Below, in pieces: positions 1 to 13,898 of a stretch of 64,000 nucleotides of DNA (position 1 is the first letter of the stretch; the number at the start of each line of letters is the position of its first letter). The stretch is from the human T2T-CHM13v2.0 reference genome, Homo sapiens: NCBI RefSeq assembly GCF_009914755.1, contig NC_060926.1; one strand, written 5' to 3'. The notes under the pieces are model-generated. The model did not search any database and had not been told where the DNA came from. It worked only from the letters and a program-made list of their open reading frames with translations. A program made the position numbers and the translations under genes.

Positions 1-129
1 TTTATTAATGTGATTAATACAACGTTGACACAAATTCCCTCTCTATTCTTATGAGAATTATGTTTTTAACACCTCTCTGCTTATTAAGGGGAAAGTCACC
101 TCCTCACAGTTTTTAAGTCTTAGATTAAA

Positions 130-335
130 GCAATGTTTTCTATGCGCAAATGCAACTCATTAGTAGGTTATGAAATCAATTTTGTGAATCCAAATAAGCA
201 TTTAAAAAATTAAATTAGCTAGAATAGAAAGTATCAGAGTATAAAGATAAGTTGTTCATAAGAGTTTTGTTTTAAATTTATGTATGTGCATATCAATGTG
301 TGTACTGGGACACATTTTGAAGTTTGAAAATTGGG
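130..335. mobile_element. MER103C-like hAT-Charlie MITE (degenerate)
   Basis: 'cattagtaggttatgaaatcaattttgtg...agaatagaaagtatcagagt...gtgtgtactggg...aagtttgaaaa' follows the recalled MER103C consensus. Confidence 0.6.
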
Positions 336-3300
336 AATCATGGTAGACCATGTTTTTGAAAAAATACTTGATCAAAGCACTTATTCAGATTACAATTTAT
401 TTTACAGTGACTGGCAATAGCCTAGATAAATTCCCATTCTGTTTTTACTATTCACTTCTATTAACTTGTATAATTCACTGTTTTTCACAATGAGTTGGAA
501 AATTAAATCAATATGTAATGCTTTGTTTCTGATTTGTTGTTGTTTTACCTCTAAAGGAAGGTAAAAACTATTTTCAGGAAGTCTTTTACAAAATAGTAAC
601 AAGAGTATTTCTCATCAAACAAGCTATTGATAAAATCTTGAATATGCCATTCTATTCTGTAAAAAGGAGAATTGCAAAAAATACATACTAGGTCAGAGTT
701 GTGATTGATAGTGATATTTTAAAAATTGGACCTTAATTTCTGTGCTGACAGAGAGAGCTAGGAACAGACTGTAAAGTGACATGGCCGAATTACTAGATAC
801 TAAATAAAAGTTAGCTCTAATCTCCCTCACCCCAAGTCTATTGTTTTGTTTTGTTTTTATTATATCTTATTCAATGAGACCTCTTTCAATCAGTACAGGT
901 TCAGACGTAAAATGTTTGCCAGCGGGACCTATTTTAGGAAACCTCATAGGATTTTTCAGGGTGTCAGATTCCTGGAGATATGTGGGATTGGTGCCATGGG
1001 TCACTTATACTCCAAGAAAGCATCGAAATGTAAGAAGACACTTTGTGCTGACATTTCAGTGGGAAGAATGCTTTCAAAAGGGATTTCCTAAGAGTAATAC
1101 AGCCCATTCGTACTCTCTTGTTAACTGGTGAAGTAACATAATTTGAAAATCACATAAAAATTCAGCAAATTATTTCCAAATGGAAACAACATTCACTGAT
1201 TATAGAACATTTATTCTACACTTTAACTTAAATACATGACTAATTTTCTACAAATTAGCCAAATTACTAAAAGACATCAACATGAACATTAAACATGGGT
1301 TGTGGTTTTGTTCACCGTCTTGTAGCTCTGTCAATGGTCTTCACAAAGAAGAGATACTTGAATTCACAAACATGTATAGAACAGTGAATGTGAGATGAAA
1401 TCAGGGCCTTAGGGATCTTTTTGCACAACCAGGTGAATCTACAGATGAAAATAAGTAGCTCATAAGTGAACATTGTTGAATTTGCAATGTTTACTTAAAG
1501 CCTTTTAATTTAAACTATAGTGGGAGAGAACAATTTCATAGCTAAGAAATCATGGTATTTGTCTTTGAATTAAGTTGACTTAAAAGTCAAGGGACCTGCA
1601 TTAACTGCAAAGCTTTACGTTTACATATTACACCATTTCTGAACTGAGAAAATTTGTTTTGCTATTACAATTGCAGTTTATTTTTTTACAGCACTTAAAA
1701 GAGGGCTCATGTCATTTTCTCTATTGTAATTGAGGCAGGCTTAAAACCTCTTGGAGAGTAAAAACCATTGTAAAGTTCCCTCCTGCACAGCAGACCAATA
1801 GCAAGAATTCAAAAGCCAAGTGCATTGGCAAGCTTTGAAAGAGTATCTGAAATATTTGCTCTTTTACTCTTCAAGTGTATTCTATAGGGCACTATGTAAT
1901 CAACTGAATTCGTGGTTTCTGAGGAGCTCAGAGGCTGAGGTCTTGTACTTTACAGTAATAGTGTACAGTACATTAACCACCTGGGTCCCTGTGTGTGTCA
2001 TTGTTTCCTTTCCAGTAGTCAAAACAAAGTATTCTTAAGTTTTGCTTAATTCAGATTTGGTATTTTTGTAAATGTGTTCTCAGAGCCTCTCCAAATGGTT
2101 CTGTGTTCCATCAGCTCTCTGATGAGCTCCACTCTATAGCACAGCAGAACAACACTATTTAAAGATGTCCTCGTTAGAACACTTGACTGCTCATTGACTG
2201 CATTGGAAGCTGCACTTTATTTACAGATAATGGATGTGGAGCACAGAATTTAAAAATCACATAGAGAAATATATTCTACTATTCTGAAATTCTGCTGTTT
2301 GCTACTCTGAAGTATATGAGCACTTTAACATAAATCACATTAAATTGTTCTTTCATTCAGGGATAGTTTAAATCTGAAGTAGGTTGTGAAAGGGAGGAAC
2401 CATTATGACTAATTATAAGTCACTTTAATCCTCTTGAGTTTCAAGTAACTCCTCTGAAAATAGGGATAATAATGACAACTCATTGACCTCTATAAATTTC
2501 AGAAGATGCTGAAAGTATTCCCTGATACTGAACAAAGAAGGAATACACTGAAGGGCCATAGTCACACTCTGGTTTTACTCAACACTGACAGTGTCTTTCT
2601 TGAAAGGTGACATGTCTTTTGTCTTACAGTTTCCATTTAGAGAGATGCTAGCACATGATGGCTCATAGATTGGCTCATTAACAAGCCCTTCAGTCCTATT
2701 TTCTGTGCTAAGAAGCTAAGAAACTTTTGTGTATGTTCTGGTTTTCTAAAAACATCATTTATTGTTCAGCTCGAGTATTTTTTTCTTCAAATACAATGAA
2801 GAAGTTAAAAGTGACACATTTTTTTCAATTATAGGGGTTCATAGTGTTAGTAATTCAAAAAGAGAAGTTAGGGAGAGAGCGTATTTTTCAATGTTGGGAG
2901 GCAGGGTAATTATAGAGGACTATGTGGAGTTTCACAATCTGAAAATTGATTCAAATCCCATAATTCTAAATCTACCATAATTATATTTAAAGTGAGAAAT
3001 GAACATGTCTGTATAGTAAATGTGAGAGCAATGTGAAATGGACTCTTGATATATATGATTGTGAAAGGCTTTTGAAGTTCAGTTTTGTTATGAGCATGAA
3101 ATTCCGATATTGTGACCCTCTTTTCTCAAAGGTATTAGCATTAGTTGTAAGTCGCTTAAGAGTCGGATCATTTTAAAATTACCATGGACTATCATTGGTC
3201 TTATTTGTTAACTTTTCACGAACATTGTTCACATTTCAGCATGAGTTCTTTCAATTGAAGTCATAAAAAGTTGATTTTCAATTTTCTAAATGACATTTCA

Positions 3301-3873
3301 TCTCTAATTTTCAGAATTAAAGGATAGTGTCTAACTACTCAGGGCATTTAAAAAGTACCACTATATAAATCCAGATAAAGAATTCAATGCAGTTGAATTG
3401 CTTAATGAAGATAGACACTTCACTTATTGAAAGTAAAATTAATTTTAAAATGAATGTCCATAGCTAAATGAATATATAACTTAGCTGTTATTCTACTGGC
3501 TATATTAGTATGTGACAAGAATGGACAAGGAATAAGTACATGTAAACAAGTTTGGGTACTGGTTTTTTTCAAGAACTTTTATTAAACTGATAGAACCTCA
3601 ACTCATTTAACTTAGACAAAAGGGAAATTTAATTGGCTCATAGAATACAAGAAAGGATATAATGGCTAAACTAAAGGATGAGCAAAGATAGCACTGAGTA
3701 TTAGGAACAACTGAACCTAGGAACACAATGTCATCAGCATCCTCTCAGGGTCCTGTCAATCAAACATGCCTGATAGTTTCAGCATGTTATCTTCATATCC
3801 TGGCTGCCAAATGGCTTCCTGCACCTGACAGACATGTAAGTGTGAAAGCTCCCAAGTTTTACGTATTCCACTT

Positions 3874-4300
3874 ATGGTAGATTACATTATGGCTACAGTT
3901 ATTTCTAGCACCCCTCACCAATAGGTGAGGTGTCTACTTCCCTTTGCCTAGAATACAGGCTGGCCTTGTAACTTCTCTTGACCACTATAACACAGTGACA
4001 GTGACATTATGTGAGTTCCAGGAGCCTAACCTATCTAGCCATTGCCCTGTGAACGTGCTTAGATTATTTTGCCAGAGGATGGAGGCTATGTGGAATGACT
4101 GGCATCTTAGACCAGCCAGTCTCTGCAGCACTCACGGGAGCTCATCACAAGCACATGTGCACAACAGCAAAGTCCGCAAAAGACCCTAGATATGTAGAAT
4201 TGCTCAGCTAAGCCTAGCTCATATTGCCAACCTCCACAGACTCAAATATATGTTTTCTGTTGTTAGCCAATCAGCTTTGGTGTGATTTGTTATACAGTAA
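3874..4300 (+). mobile_element. Old MLT1 (MLT1G/H/J-like) MaLR solo LTR
   Basis: 'ggctggccttgtaacttctcttgacca...gtgacattatgtgagttccag' and 3' end 'ttagcca...tttggtgtgatttgttatacagtaa' are typical of MLT1 LTRs. Confidence 0.6.
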
Positions 4301-5053
4301 AACCAGTAGAGCAGCTTCCATTACCAAAAAGGACTATATCATGTGGTCCCTGGTACCACTTTCATTAATACATGAAAAGATCTTGATTATTTTATCTTAG
4401 TAGTCTATCCCTGACCATTTTACTATACTTACAATGTTCAATATTTATATAGATTAAGTTGAATCAACTTCTCAGTTCTGGTCATGGGGAGGAAGTTTTG
4501 CAAAGATAAGACAGCTCCCAGACAACTAAAAATTGATTATTCTGATGACTAGAAAACTTATTTTACAACACTATTTTGAGAAAGTACCTTAAGCTCAAAA
4601 GTTAACTGTTCTGTATTAAGATGGAAATTTGAGTCCTGATCTGTGATTACTAACTCCAATTTCCCATCCCAATGTTTTGTAAAATGAAGTGTTTTTAGTT
4701 TTTTCGTGTTTCTTTTTTCATCACCAAACCAAAACTCTTAGAAACTTCTGCAAGACAGAGAGGACAATATACTAAACAAAAAATGTTCTAGCATATCGTT
4801 CGATGCAGCTATAGAAAAAACTGGAGAAAAATTATTTGCAAAACTATGAATCTCTCACTAGCATGGTGTATCCAGGGCTGGTAAAGAAGGAGAAAAATGC
4901 AGAGTTTTGAGCAGTTCCCTGAACCTGTGTAAAATGAGAGAGAGCACTGGAGTTATAGGAAGAAAAGGAGCCTCAGCCTTACTCACAGGGTTCACGTTAT
5001 AGAATATTAAGGAAAGCAAGGGCATATCTGAACCCAGAAACTCACATTCTATT

Positions 5054-5774
5054 TGTAAACTAAAATTAAACTAAGCCCTCCAAACTGACTGAACAGACCT
5101 TCTTTTGGCCCAGGGGACCTAGAAAAAAACTGAGTTCCTGGCCATGGCAAAACAGGAGGTCAGACATGCCTCATTATACCCACTCCCTGGGGAAGTTTAA
5201 ACACAATTGACCAGCATTAATGTTAAAAAAGCTATCATAAGACTGAAAGAGCAGATGCTTTGTGGCAATAAGATACCAAATTATAGGCAAGACCTAAGGC
5301 CATGCCAGGCAAGGATTAAGTCATGCACCCCTACAGATCATTTTGACCCAGTATGCTGTGGTTTGCTCTCACAGCCTGACTCTAGCACAGTATCACATGA
5401 TAATTGGTAGACTTCTTTATCTTAACTTAAACATTCCTTTTTATGAACTTCAAGTTTTTAGACATAGCTTTGTTCCTTCAATCATTTGCAAATTAAAGAA
5501 TCTCTGAATCCATCTATGACCTGTAAGCCCTGGCTTCCGTATATTCTGACTTTTTTGGGCCAAACCAATGAATGACCTCCATGTATTGATTCATGAGTTT
5601 GCCTGTAACGTTTGCTTCCCTAAATTGTATAAAACAGAGTTGCATTCTGACTGCCTAGTGACCACTTACTCAAGGCTTCTTGGGTTTATCTTTTCTCCAG
5701 GCTGTGCTCTCTCATATTGAATTAGAATAAACCTCTTTGAACAATTTAAAAGAGTTTGATTTGTTCTATCATCA
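5054..5774 (+). mobile_element. ERV1 MER4-group solo LTR (MER39-like)
   Basis: TG...CA ends with 4-bp TSD 'tatt' (5050-5053 / 5775-5778). 'tgaccagcattaatgttaaaa...tgtggcaataagataccaaattata...gacctaaggccatgccaggcaagg' matches recalled MER39; aataaa lies near the 3' end. Confidence 0.75.
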
Positions 5775-8033
5775 TATTTAAAGAAGGTAATTCTTCAAGT
5801 GACTTCCTAAAACAAAATCTCTCTCCCTACTGTTTTATTTCTTGTTCATCTGCCTTCACCTGTAGCAGTTTTTTCTTTCCCCAATGTCATAGTCAACTGG
5901 TTCATTCATCAAACCAAACCTCTCTTTAAATGGAGGCCCATGCAATCTCTGAGCTCCTAATATTTGATATACACAAAAATCTCCCTCCCTAAAGAGAAGC
6001 TATAATAGAGAAAAATCTGCAGAAATAAGAAAAATTCCAGAATTCGAAAGAAGACGAGGAAGGCAAGATTTACTAAAAATGAATGAAAATAGAAACAATT
6101 TAAAATGTATTCTCATTGAACTCCCTCATCTAAAACGTTGCTCAGATACTTAGATATTTGCTGAATGAAAGAACAATAATCATACCCTTTCTTTATTTTG
6201 TTTTGAAGATGGAATAAATAATAAATCTAAAAAATAATCTAATTTATGGAATAATTCATTAAATTTATTAACATTTATTTTAGAAAATCTTAAAAGGAAA
6301 ACAAGAAGACAGTGGTGCAAATTGATGCCTCATTTCCATTTCTTTTCTTATGGGCTAAAATGTGTATAGCAGATTGAGCACGCAAAATGTACAATACTCA
6401 ACACACTAGATGTTGGCTTTTTACACTGATTGGACTATTGGGACAATTTTAAACTTTCATTTTGACAAAAATTTCTCTATAGCATTTGTTTGTCTTGTCC
6501 TGTTGTTATTTAGAGGTGGGAACATGTACTATTTGTGTACTCAACAGTTATCCAAATTTTAACTTTTAAGTCAGTCAGGGGATAAGAGAACAAAGATCCA
6601 TTTCCATCTTTATTGCTCTCCTACCAGGATTTGTTGTCTATGAGGTGCCCAGAGAGTTGATTAAGTTAATGAATGAGGTACTAGCCATCTTTGAAGTTAG
6701 CTTTGACTCCATTAACTGGGAAGCTTATTACATTAGCAGCACTCGCAGTATTCAGTGAGGTTTTAGGCTAATGAGCTGGATTAATTAGCTGGTATTAATT
6801 TCTAAAGGCTTTCCTTCGGTAGCTCTGGCCTCTAAATTAGAACGAGTAAAGTCTCCCCAATAGTGCATTGTAAGCAAACAACCTGTTTAAGTGAATCTAC
6901 ATAAATTTGCCTCCAAAGTACTTACTACAAAATAGAGATGATAGAATTTCCAATCACATAACTTTCTCCTTTGTGAAAAAAATAATTGTAGAAGTTTTAA
7001 TGACATACAGAAGACAAGTTTCTCCTAAAACGGAAAACAGTGATTATTACTTGGGCACAAATTCCCTCCAGGAAAATTAAAACCATGCAAAAGTAAACAA
7101 ACAGAAACAAATCCTATCAGCCTATACAACAGGATCAATTTAAGATATGTTTGTTTTAATCCCTTCTCAGAAATTTGAAAAAGGAAATGAAAGCAGGAAT
7201 GCCAGTACTAAGAAGGTGTAATCGGCATTACAGAGTTTTCCATTCAAGTTCACTTGCAGTTTCTCCAATATTTAGAGTAGCCTATTTCAGTTTCCATATG
7301 AATTTGTGTAGTCTTCAATTTGGATCTATATAAAACCATTTCTAGTGCCCTTAACTTGTTTTACTTAAGAACATGCATCTTGCCTGAGAAGGATGCAACT
7401 GATTTGCTTGCCTTTTGCAGATTTTGAACATATATTCACTTCGTGACCCTCCCAATGCCTCCAATCTGACAGTGCAGTGGGCATTCAGTAAAACCCAGGA
7501 AATTAGTTAACAAATGTAAAAGTGAAATGAAATTCACATGTAAGTGAAGTGATTGAATTTCTTTCTATCCTGTACCTCTGTAAAGCAGAATTGCATATCC
7601 CATGGTAAAAGTTTAGAACCTACAGACTGACACAGAAGGAAGAAAACTGCAGAGGACATACACATGCTTGATACAGTGAAATGATTACCATGAGTCTAAT
7701 AGAGTACAAATGTAACTTCTTGGAAGACTGGCTGGTCTTCATGAAAAGAGGCATTGAGATGTATTTTTAATTACAAAAAGGGGAGAAGCCCATTTAGAAA
7801 ATGCAATTAAAATTTTTATTCTGATTGAATATATTTTGGAACAACATGGCAGAATGACTCACAAATAATACTGGTCTCATATTTTAAATAAAATGTGTAA
7901 AGGTCTAGGTTAATACCTGGATCCCTGCCATAGAGTGTATGCTATTAAGGAGTAATTATATGAAAGTGAATTTGCCATAATAGTTCATTTATTTATGTAT
8001 TCATTTCATTATTCACATGGTAAATATTTATCA

Positions 8034-8330
8034 CAGAGGTTGGCAAACGTTTTCTATAAAGGGTCAATAGTAAACATTTTAGACTTGCAACCCATACAGT
8101 CTCTACCATAACTACTGCAGTCTGTAACAACCACTCAAGTCTGCCTTTATCATGAGAGAATAGGCTTGAACAAAACATAAATGAATGAACATGACTGTTT
8201 CCATAAAACTTTACAAACAGTGACTTGGGATTTCATTTAATCTTCATGTGTTAAAAAATATTTATTTTCATTTGATTTTTTTGTTTCTAACCATTAAAAA
8301 AACTAAAATCATTTAGGTTGTGGGCCAATT
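8034..8330 (+). mobile_element. MER58 (hAT-Charlie) MITE
   Basis: The start 'cagaggttggcaaacgttttctataaagggtcaatagtaaacattttagacttg' matches the MER58 terminus. Confidence 0.7.
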
Positions 8331-8944
8331 TTCTGAGAGTTAGGCCTTGTGCTAGGAGCTGGGTATATAAAGAAGAATAAAGTAAGGGTGCTGTACTCAA
8401 GGAGTTTATTAAGAACTGACAGAATGAGACAAACCTAATTCCACTTCCCTGTGGTTTAGACTGCATAATACAAATCAGTAAAGCCGAGGTAGAAAAGCAC
8501 TCCCAGCTGGCAGGCACTGCAGATTTCACTGTGAAGATCCAGGTCTTCTCTAGAATAAAGCTCTCAGTGCATCCCAGACAATGAGCTGGACTCACGTAAC
8601 CTTGGTACTTGGAAGTCAGACTTGAACCTTCAGTTGGGAGTGCTGAAGTTACTATTCAGGTCATTTAGATCAAACATGATCTGGCAGGATAAAAGCCCAC
8701 TGACCTTTTAGAGACGATCTTACAGGGACACTCTTAAGCCAGCAAACCTGCCCCTGGGTGTATGATGGCTTATAACTCAAGGCCTGGGAGAACTTTGGTG
8801 ATTTTGTAAAAGGGGTCAGGTTCACGAGTTATCTAATCATAAACAATGTTTTTTTTCCAGCTATTGTATATGTGTGTGTGTGTGTATGTAGAAGTCAAAA
8901 ATAAGACTTCGTTGTATTTCTCAATTTCACCAAGCCTTTTCCTC

Positions 8945-9310
8945 CTGTACTTGGACTTTTGTATTCACTATTCTCTTTGCCTGGGATCTCCTTCCCCTCC
9001 AACCCCATTTTTCTGCAATGGGCTTGAGTTTCAGCGTAAATGTCATGCTTCTAGAGGGGCCTTCTCTAACCACCTGTTTAAAATGTCACCCCACGCTGAT
9101 TCACATATGTAAACCATTTCCTGTTTCAATTCCTTGTTTATTTTCTTCATAGCATTTTTTTAAATGTTAAATATTCTTAATGATGCTCATGTTTCTCCTT
9201 TGCTAATAGTTTACCCCAAAGTAAGCTTCACGATGTCAGAAAACTTCTATGACAAGTTTGCTGCTGTGTGTAGAATGCTTCAATAAATATGTGCTATAAG
9301 AATGTATGAA
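8945..9310 (+). mobile_element. L2 3' fragment
   Basis: 'aaatgtca...ttctagaggggccttctctaaccacc...tttattttcttcatagca...caataaatat...gaatg' is the L2a 3'-end signature. Confidence 0.6.
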
Positions 9311-10159
9311 TTTGAGAGATATTTATTAGAGAATTGAGTTGTATTTGGAAGAAGTTTACCTCTAAAGCTGTGAGCGTCTCACTTTCCTTTTCCTTTCTGT
9401 ACGATCTCCCACCCATTCTTACTTTCAAATTAAAACAGGACATCTAGAATCACAGGCCACCGTTTTCAGTCTACAAATATTTGCATACCTGGCACTGTGA
9501 GGAAAGCTAAAGATATTAGAATGACTAAAGCTGTCCATAACCTTAAGGAACCTGTAGTCTAATATGGAATACAAAGATAAGCAGATTTTTGTAATGTAAT
9601 TTCATTTGTGGTGAAATGCCATATTGGAGATGTGTGAAAAGTGGCAAGGAAGGAAAGAAGAGGGAAGGAGATGACTATCAGGTGGTTTCTGAGCCAAAGA
9701 ATGGGTGCTTATGAAGTCAGCAAGAGATAGACTGCTGGTACGTGTAGCTTCCATATACAGACAGCACGTCTGCTACTGCTACCCTGGTAGCTGGCCACAT
9801 ATGTACAATAAACAGCCTACTACCCAGGTTGTACACATCAAAAAGCTACTCATTGTCAAATCTCGGTGTATCCAATTCACCCACAACTTGCCCTTGTATA
9901 GAATGGAACACGCTTGATCACTTTAGCCATTATCCTCACCTTCCAGCCCAACACTGACTTAGCGTTTTGCAAAAAAAATCATCTCTACCTTCTAATGAGC
10001 AGTAAAAACTAACCATAGGCCTGGGATGTGTAAGGACAGGTCATGAATTTGGCTGCTTTCTCAGCTGCTGCTGAAAAACAAAACAACCCCTGCCACCCCG
10101 ATTCAGAAGCCAAGAGGAGTCATTTGAGATTTCTTCAGCCATCCGAAATGCCTTTAGAG

Positions 10160-10335
10160 CAGTGGTTCTCAGTCCTGGCTGCAACTTTGACAAATCTGTA
10201 GTGATTTTAAAAACACTTGTCTGGTCCCTATCCCAGATCAATTAAATCAAAATTTCTAGGGTATGGCCCAGGCCACACTATGTTTAGAAAGCATCCCTGG
10301 TGATTCAAATGTGCAACCTAGGTTGACAACACCGC
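10160..10335. mobile_element. MER5-family MITE
   Basis: 'cagtggttctca...aattaaatcaaaatttctaggg...ccctggtgattcaaatgtgcaacctaggttgacaac'. Confidence 0.65.
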
Positions 10336-11916
10336 TTAATGTTAAATTTAGGTTGCTTTTGCCTAAAGATGTAGGCCCAGCAGGGCGTACACAGTATGAT
10401 TTAACTAATTCCCTATGCCTGCCGGGAGATTGCTTGACTCAAAACAAAGCAGGCTGCTTCCCAATCAAAAACCACCAAATGCGGTGCACACCTGTGTTTT
10501 TTGAGCCTCCAACTAAACTTTCTTTTTTCTTAAGCTCATTACCACTAATTATTCTGTATCACCAATTTGAGCCTCTTCACTTGGCCCTATTTATATCCTT
10601 GCTGGTGATTAAACTGCTATCCTCTTAGTTACCATCAATTTGGTTATGTATATATTCTATTCTTTTGTCTAAAGTTAGGTGCAATTCAGTTGGGTAAGTT
10701 TAACAGCCATCATTATACACATGTTTTCTAAATAGCTACTTGTAGGTGAATTTACCTTGCAGTGATGGCAAAGTGCCCATAAATGTTCAGTCAGCTGGAG
10801 AACTCCTTTGGCCAAACACTTTCACAATCTATTTCTTTTCTTTTTGTAAGTAATTTAATTTACTGAGATGGTAGTAATAGCCCATTCCACTTTGCACTAT
10901 AGGGAAGAAAGGATATTTTTATCTACTTAAAAGCTAATAAGGACTCTCACTGTTGAAAAATATTCAAACCTCCCAATTATTTCCATCAAGCGATAAATTT
11001 AAAGGAAAAGAAAAAGAATTAAAACCCCAAAGTGTTAGCAAATAAGCAATAATGACAAGGAGACACTTAGGGGAGGATCATTAAATTTATCTCTGCTTTA
11101 AAGCAACCTGATGCTCAAATATTAATATGTAGGGGGACTACAAAAGGATGTCCTCTGACACTGGAAATAATAAGCATTGTCACATAATTCATGAAATTCG
11201 CCATTTGTTGTAGTAAATCATAGGAGGAGATGATCTGTATGTGTGAGACTACAGAGAATAGCTTGCAAAAGCTGTTCTCAAATCGTCCACTCACTCACCC
11301 CCAACTACAGCCGCTACCCATGCCAAAGATCACAGGGCTTATTTACTTGGCTCTAACTGTTATACCATGCTCCAGTATGTACCCTCATGGTCACATGCTT
11401 GCACTTCTCCATCACTACAGAGCATTACCTTTACAGACTACCTCCATTAGCTCCTATTTCAGAATGAAGCTAAATTGAATATCCAGATTGTTTGACATAC
11501 TCCAGGGGAGTTAGATAAATTCACCACGCTGTACTTTGTTATTTTTCCTGGCCATCACCCAGAATATAAGCTCTTCTGGGCATCTAGACCTCCTCCACAC
11601 CATTTCTATAATATTATTTTTGTTTTTCTTTGCCCTAATCTTTTTTCTGCTTTTCCTACCAAAAATTCTACCCTCACCTCTCAAACTCTGATTTCATTAC
11701 TAACTACCCTTCACCCCAAACTACTTCAATGAATGTGTGTCGCTTTCTCTGCTGTGTATTATGATTTAATTTTATGTGGCTTCTATATGGAAACTCAAAG
11801 TGCCATTTGTAAGGACAGCAGATAATTTGTATTTATCATTCTGAAAACATGAAAAGGCTCCATGATTGTTTTAACTCATCATGCAGCAAAACTCATTGAT
11901 TTAGACTAATTAAGTA

Positions 11917-12036
11917 GGACAGGTGTGGTGACTCATGCCTGAATTGCTAGCACTTTGGAAGGCCTAGGTGGGAGGATTGCTTGAGGCCAGGAATTTGAGA
12001 CCAGCCTGGGCAACATGGTGGGAACATGGCTCTACA
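11917..12036 (+). mobile_element. FLAM_C / AluJ left monomer
   Basis: 'ggtgtggtgactcatgcctg...ggaggattgcttgaggccaggaatttgagaccagcctgggcaacatgg'; no right arm or poly(A). Confidence 0.8.
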
Positions 12037-13064
12037 CACCACAGTATAACTCTTTAATGAAAGCCATAAATTACATAGCATTTTAAAAAACAGTGTTTAT
12101 GTCATGTGAAGCAGGAAGTTTGTGTTTAAATAACATAACATCAACAAGCTACTAGTGTCTTTTCACTTCTATCCCCTTGATGGGTAGAGTTTATGTAATA
12201 TGACTGACGGAAAAGAGAGAACTAACTGGTTGTGCAAGTAGAGTCTCAGAAGATTGAGGAGAATAAAACAAATGATAGAATGGCATTCTCTTCCTTTCTA
12301 TCGCCTAGGATTGAGGAGGTAGGAAGTGATGAAAAGGTTTACAAAAGATTTTGTGACACATTGAACATAAAAGGTGGCATATATTTACTAGGGAATTTAT
12401 TCTCCCCTATTCCAGGAAAAAAAACAGTGCTCTCATACCCTTTGTCTAGTTAGTGGCATTAACACTCTTTGCACTGTGGACTGAATATTTGTGTTTCTCC
12501 AAAATTTATTTTTTAAAGCCTTCATCTCAAATGTGGTTGTATTTGGCAATGGGGCCTCTAAGGAAGTAATTAAAGTTAAATGAGGTCACAAGGTGGGTTC
12601 CTGATCTGCTAGAATTAGTGTCTTCATGAAAAGAAATAACAGAGAGCTCTCTCTCTGTACTTGGACAAAAACAGTCATGTGAGCACACAGTCTGTGGTCA
12701 CCCACAACCTAAGAGAAGAGTTCTCAGAGTGAAACCTACCTTAATAGCACCTTAATCTTGGACTTCCGGCTTCCAGAACTGTAAGGAGCAAATTTATGTT
12801 GTTTAAGCCACCTAGCCTATGCAGATGAGTTAGGACGATCCAAACATATGAATAGAGATTTTGGTCCTGTGAAGTGGAGTGCTGCTCCAAGAAATAGCTA
12901 AAAATGTAGGCATGGTTTTGGATCTGGGTCATGGGTAGAGGCCAGAAGAGTTTAGAGGTACATGCTAGAAAAATACTAGGTTGTCATGAAGAGTTTGTTG
13001 GTAGAAATATAGAAGAAGTTAAAGTTAATTCTGGTGCGGAATCACAAATAAAGAAGAGGGTTAG

Positions 13065-13123
13065 AGGGTATTCTGTACATTGTAGCATGTTTAGAAACAC
13101 CCCTTGCCTCTACCCACTAGATG
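13065..13123 (-). other. 59-bp MER20-derived insert, an inverted copy of 16040-16098
   Basis: 57/59 identity to the reverse complement of 16040-16098. Confidence 0.9.
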
Positions 13124-13588
13124 TATTATATATATTCTTTTTAGAGAAGATATAAACAATCATAAACAGAATGGTGGTAGAGGTATGGATGATAAAGGTC
13201 ATTCTGGTCAGGTCTCAGACAGAAGTTAGGAGCAGATGATTGGTCACTGGAGTCTTTGTAAAAAGAACTCAGTTGAATGTGTTGTAGTGTTTAGAGGAAG
13301 AAAAATTGTTAGTGATGAAACTGAATATTTAGCTAAGGAGATTTCTAAGCAAAATATTGCAAGTGAATCCTGGATTCTCCTGACTGCCTATAGTAAAACA
13401 ATGAGATGCAAGACATGAATTGAAGAAGAAATTATTAATCAGAAAGAAACCAGAACTTAAAGATTTGGAGAATTCTCAGCCCATGCATATTGCAAAAAAG
13501 AAAAAAAGAGAAAGCATGTTCTAAAGAGAACAATAAGGCTGTGACTGGACCATTACTTGATAAAGTGATTAAGAATTATATAAACTGA

Positions 13589-13898
<310 letters not shown>

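Noticed and set aside
841-1131. Two overlapping ORFs (96 and 81 aa)
   Set aside because: TTG starts, no recognisable domain, lengths expected by chance.
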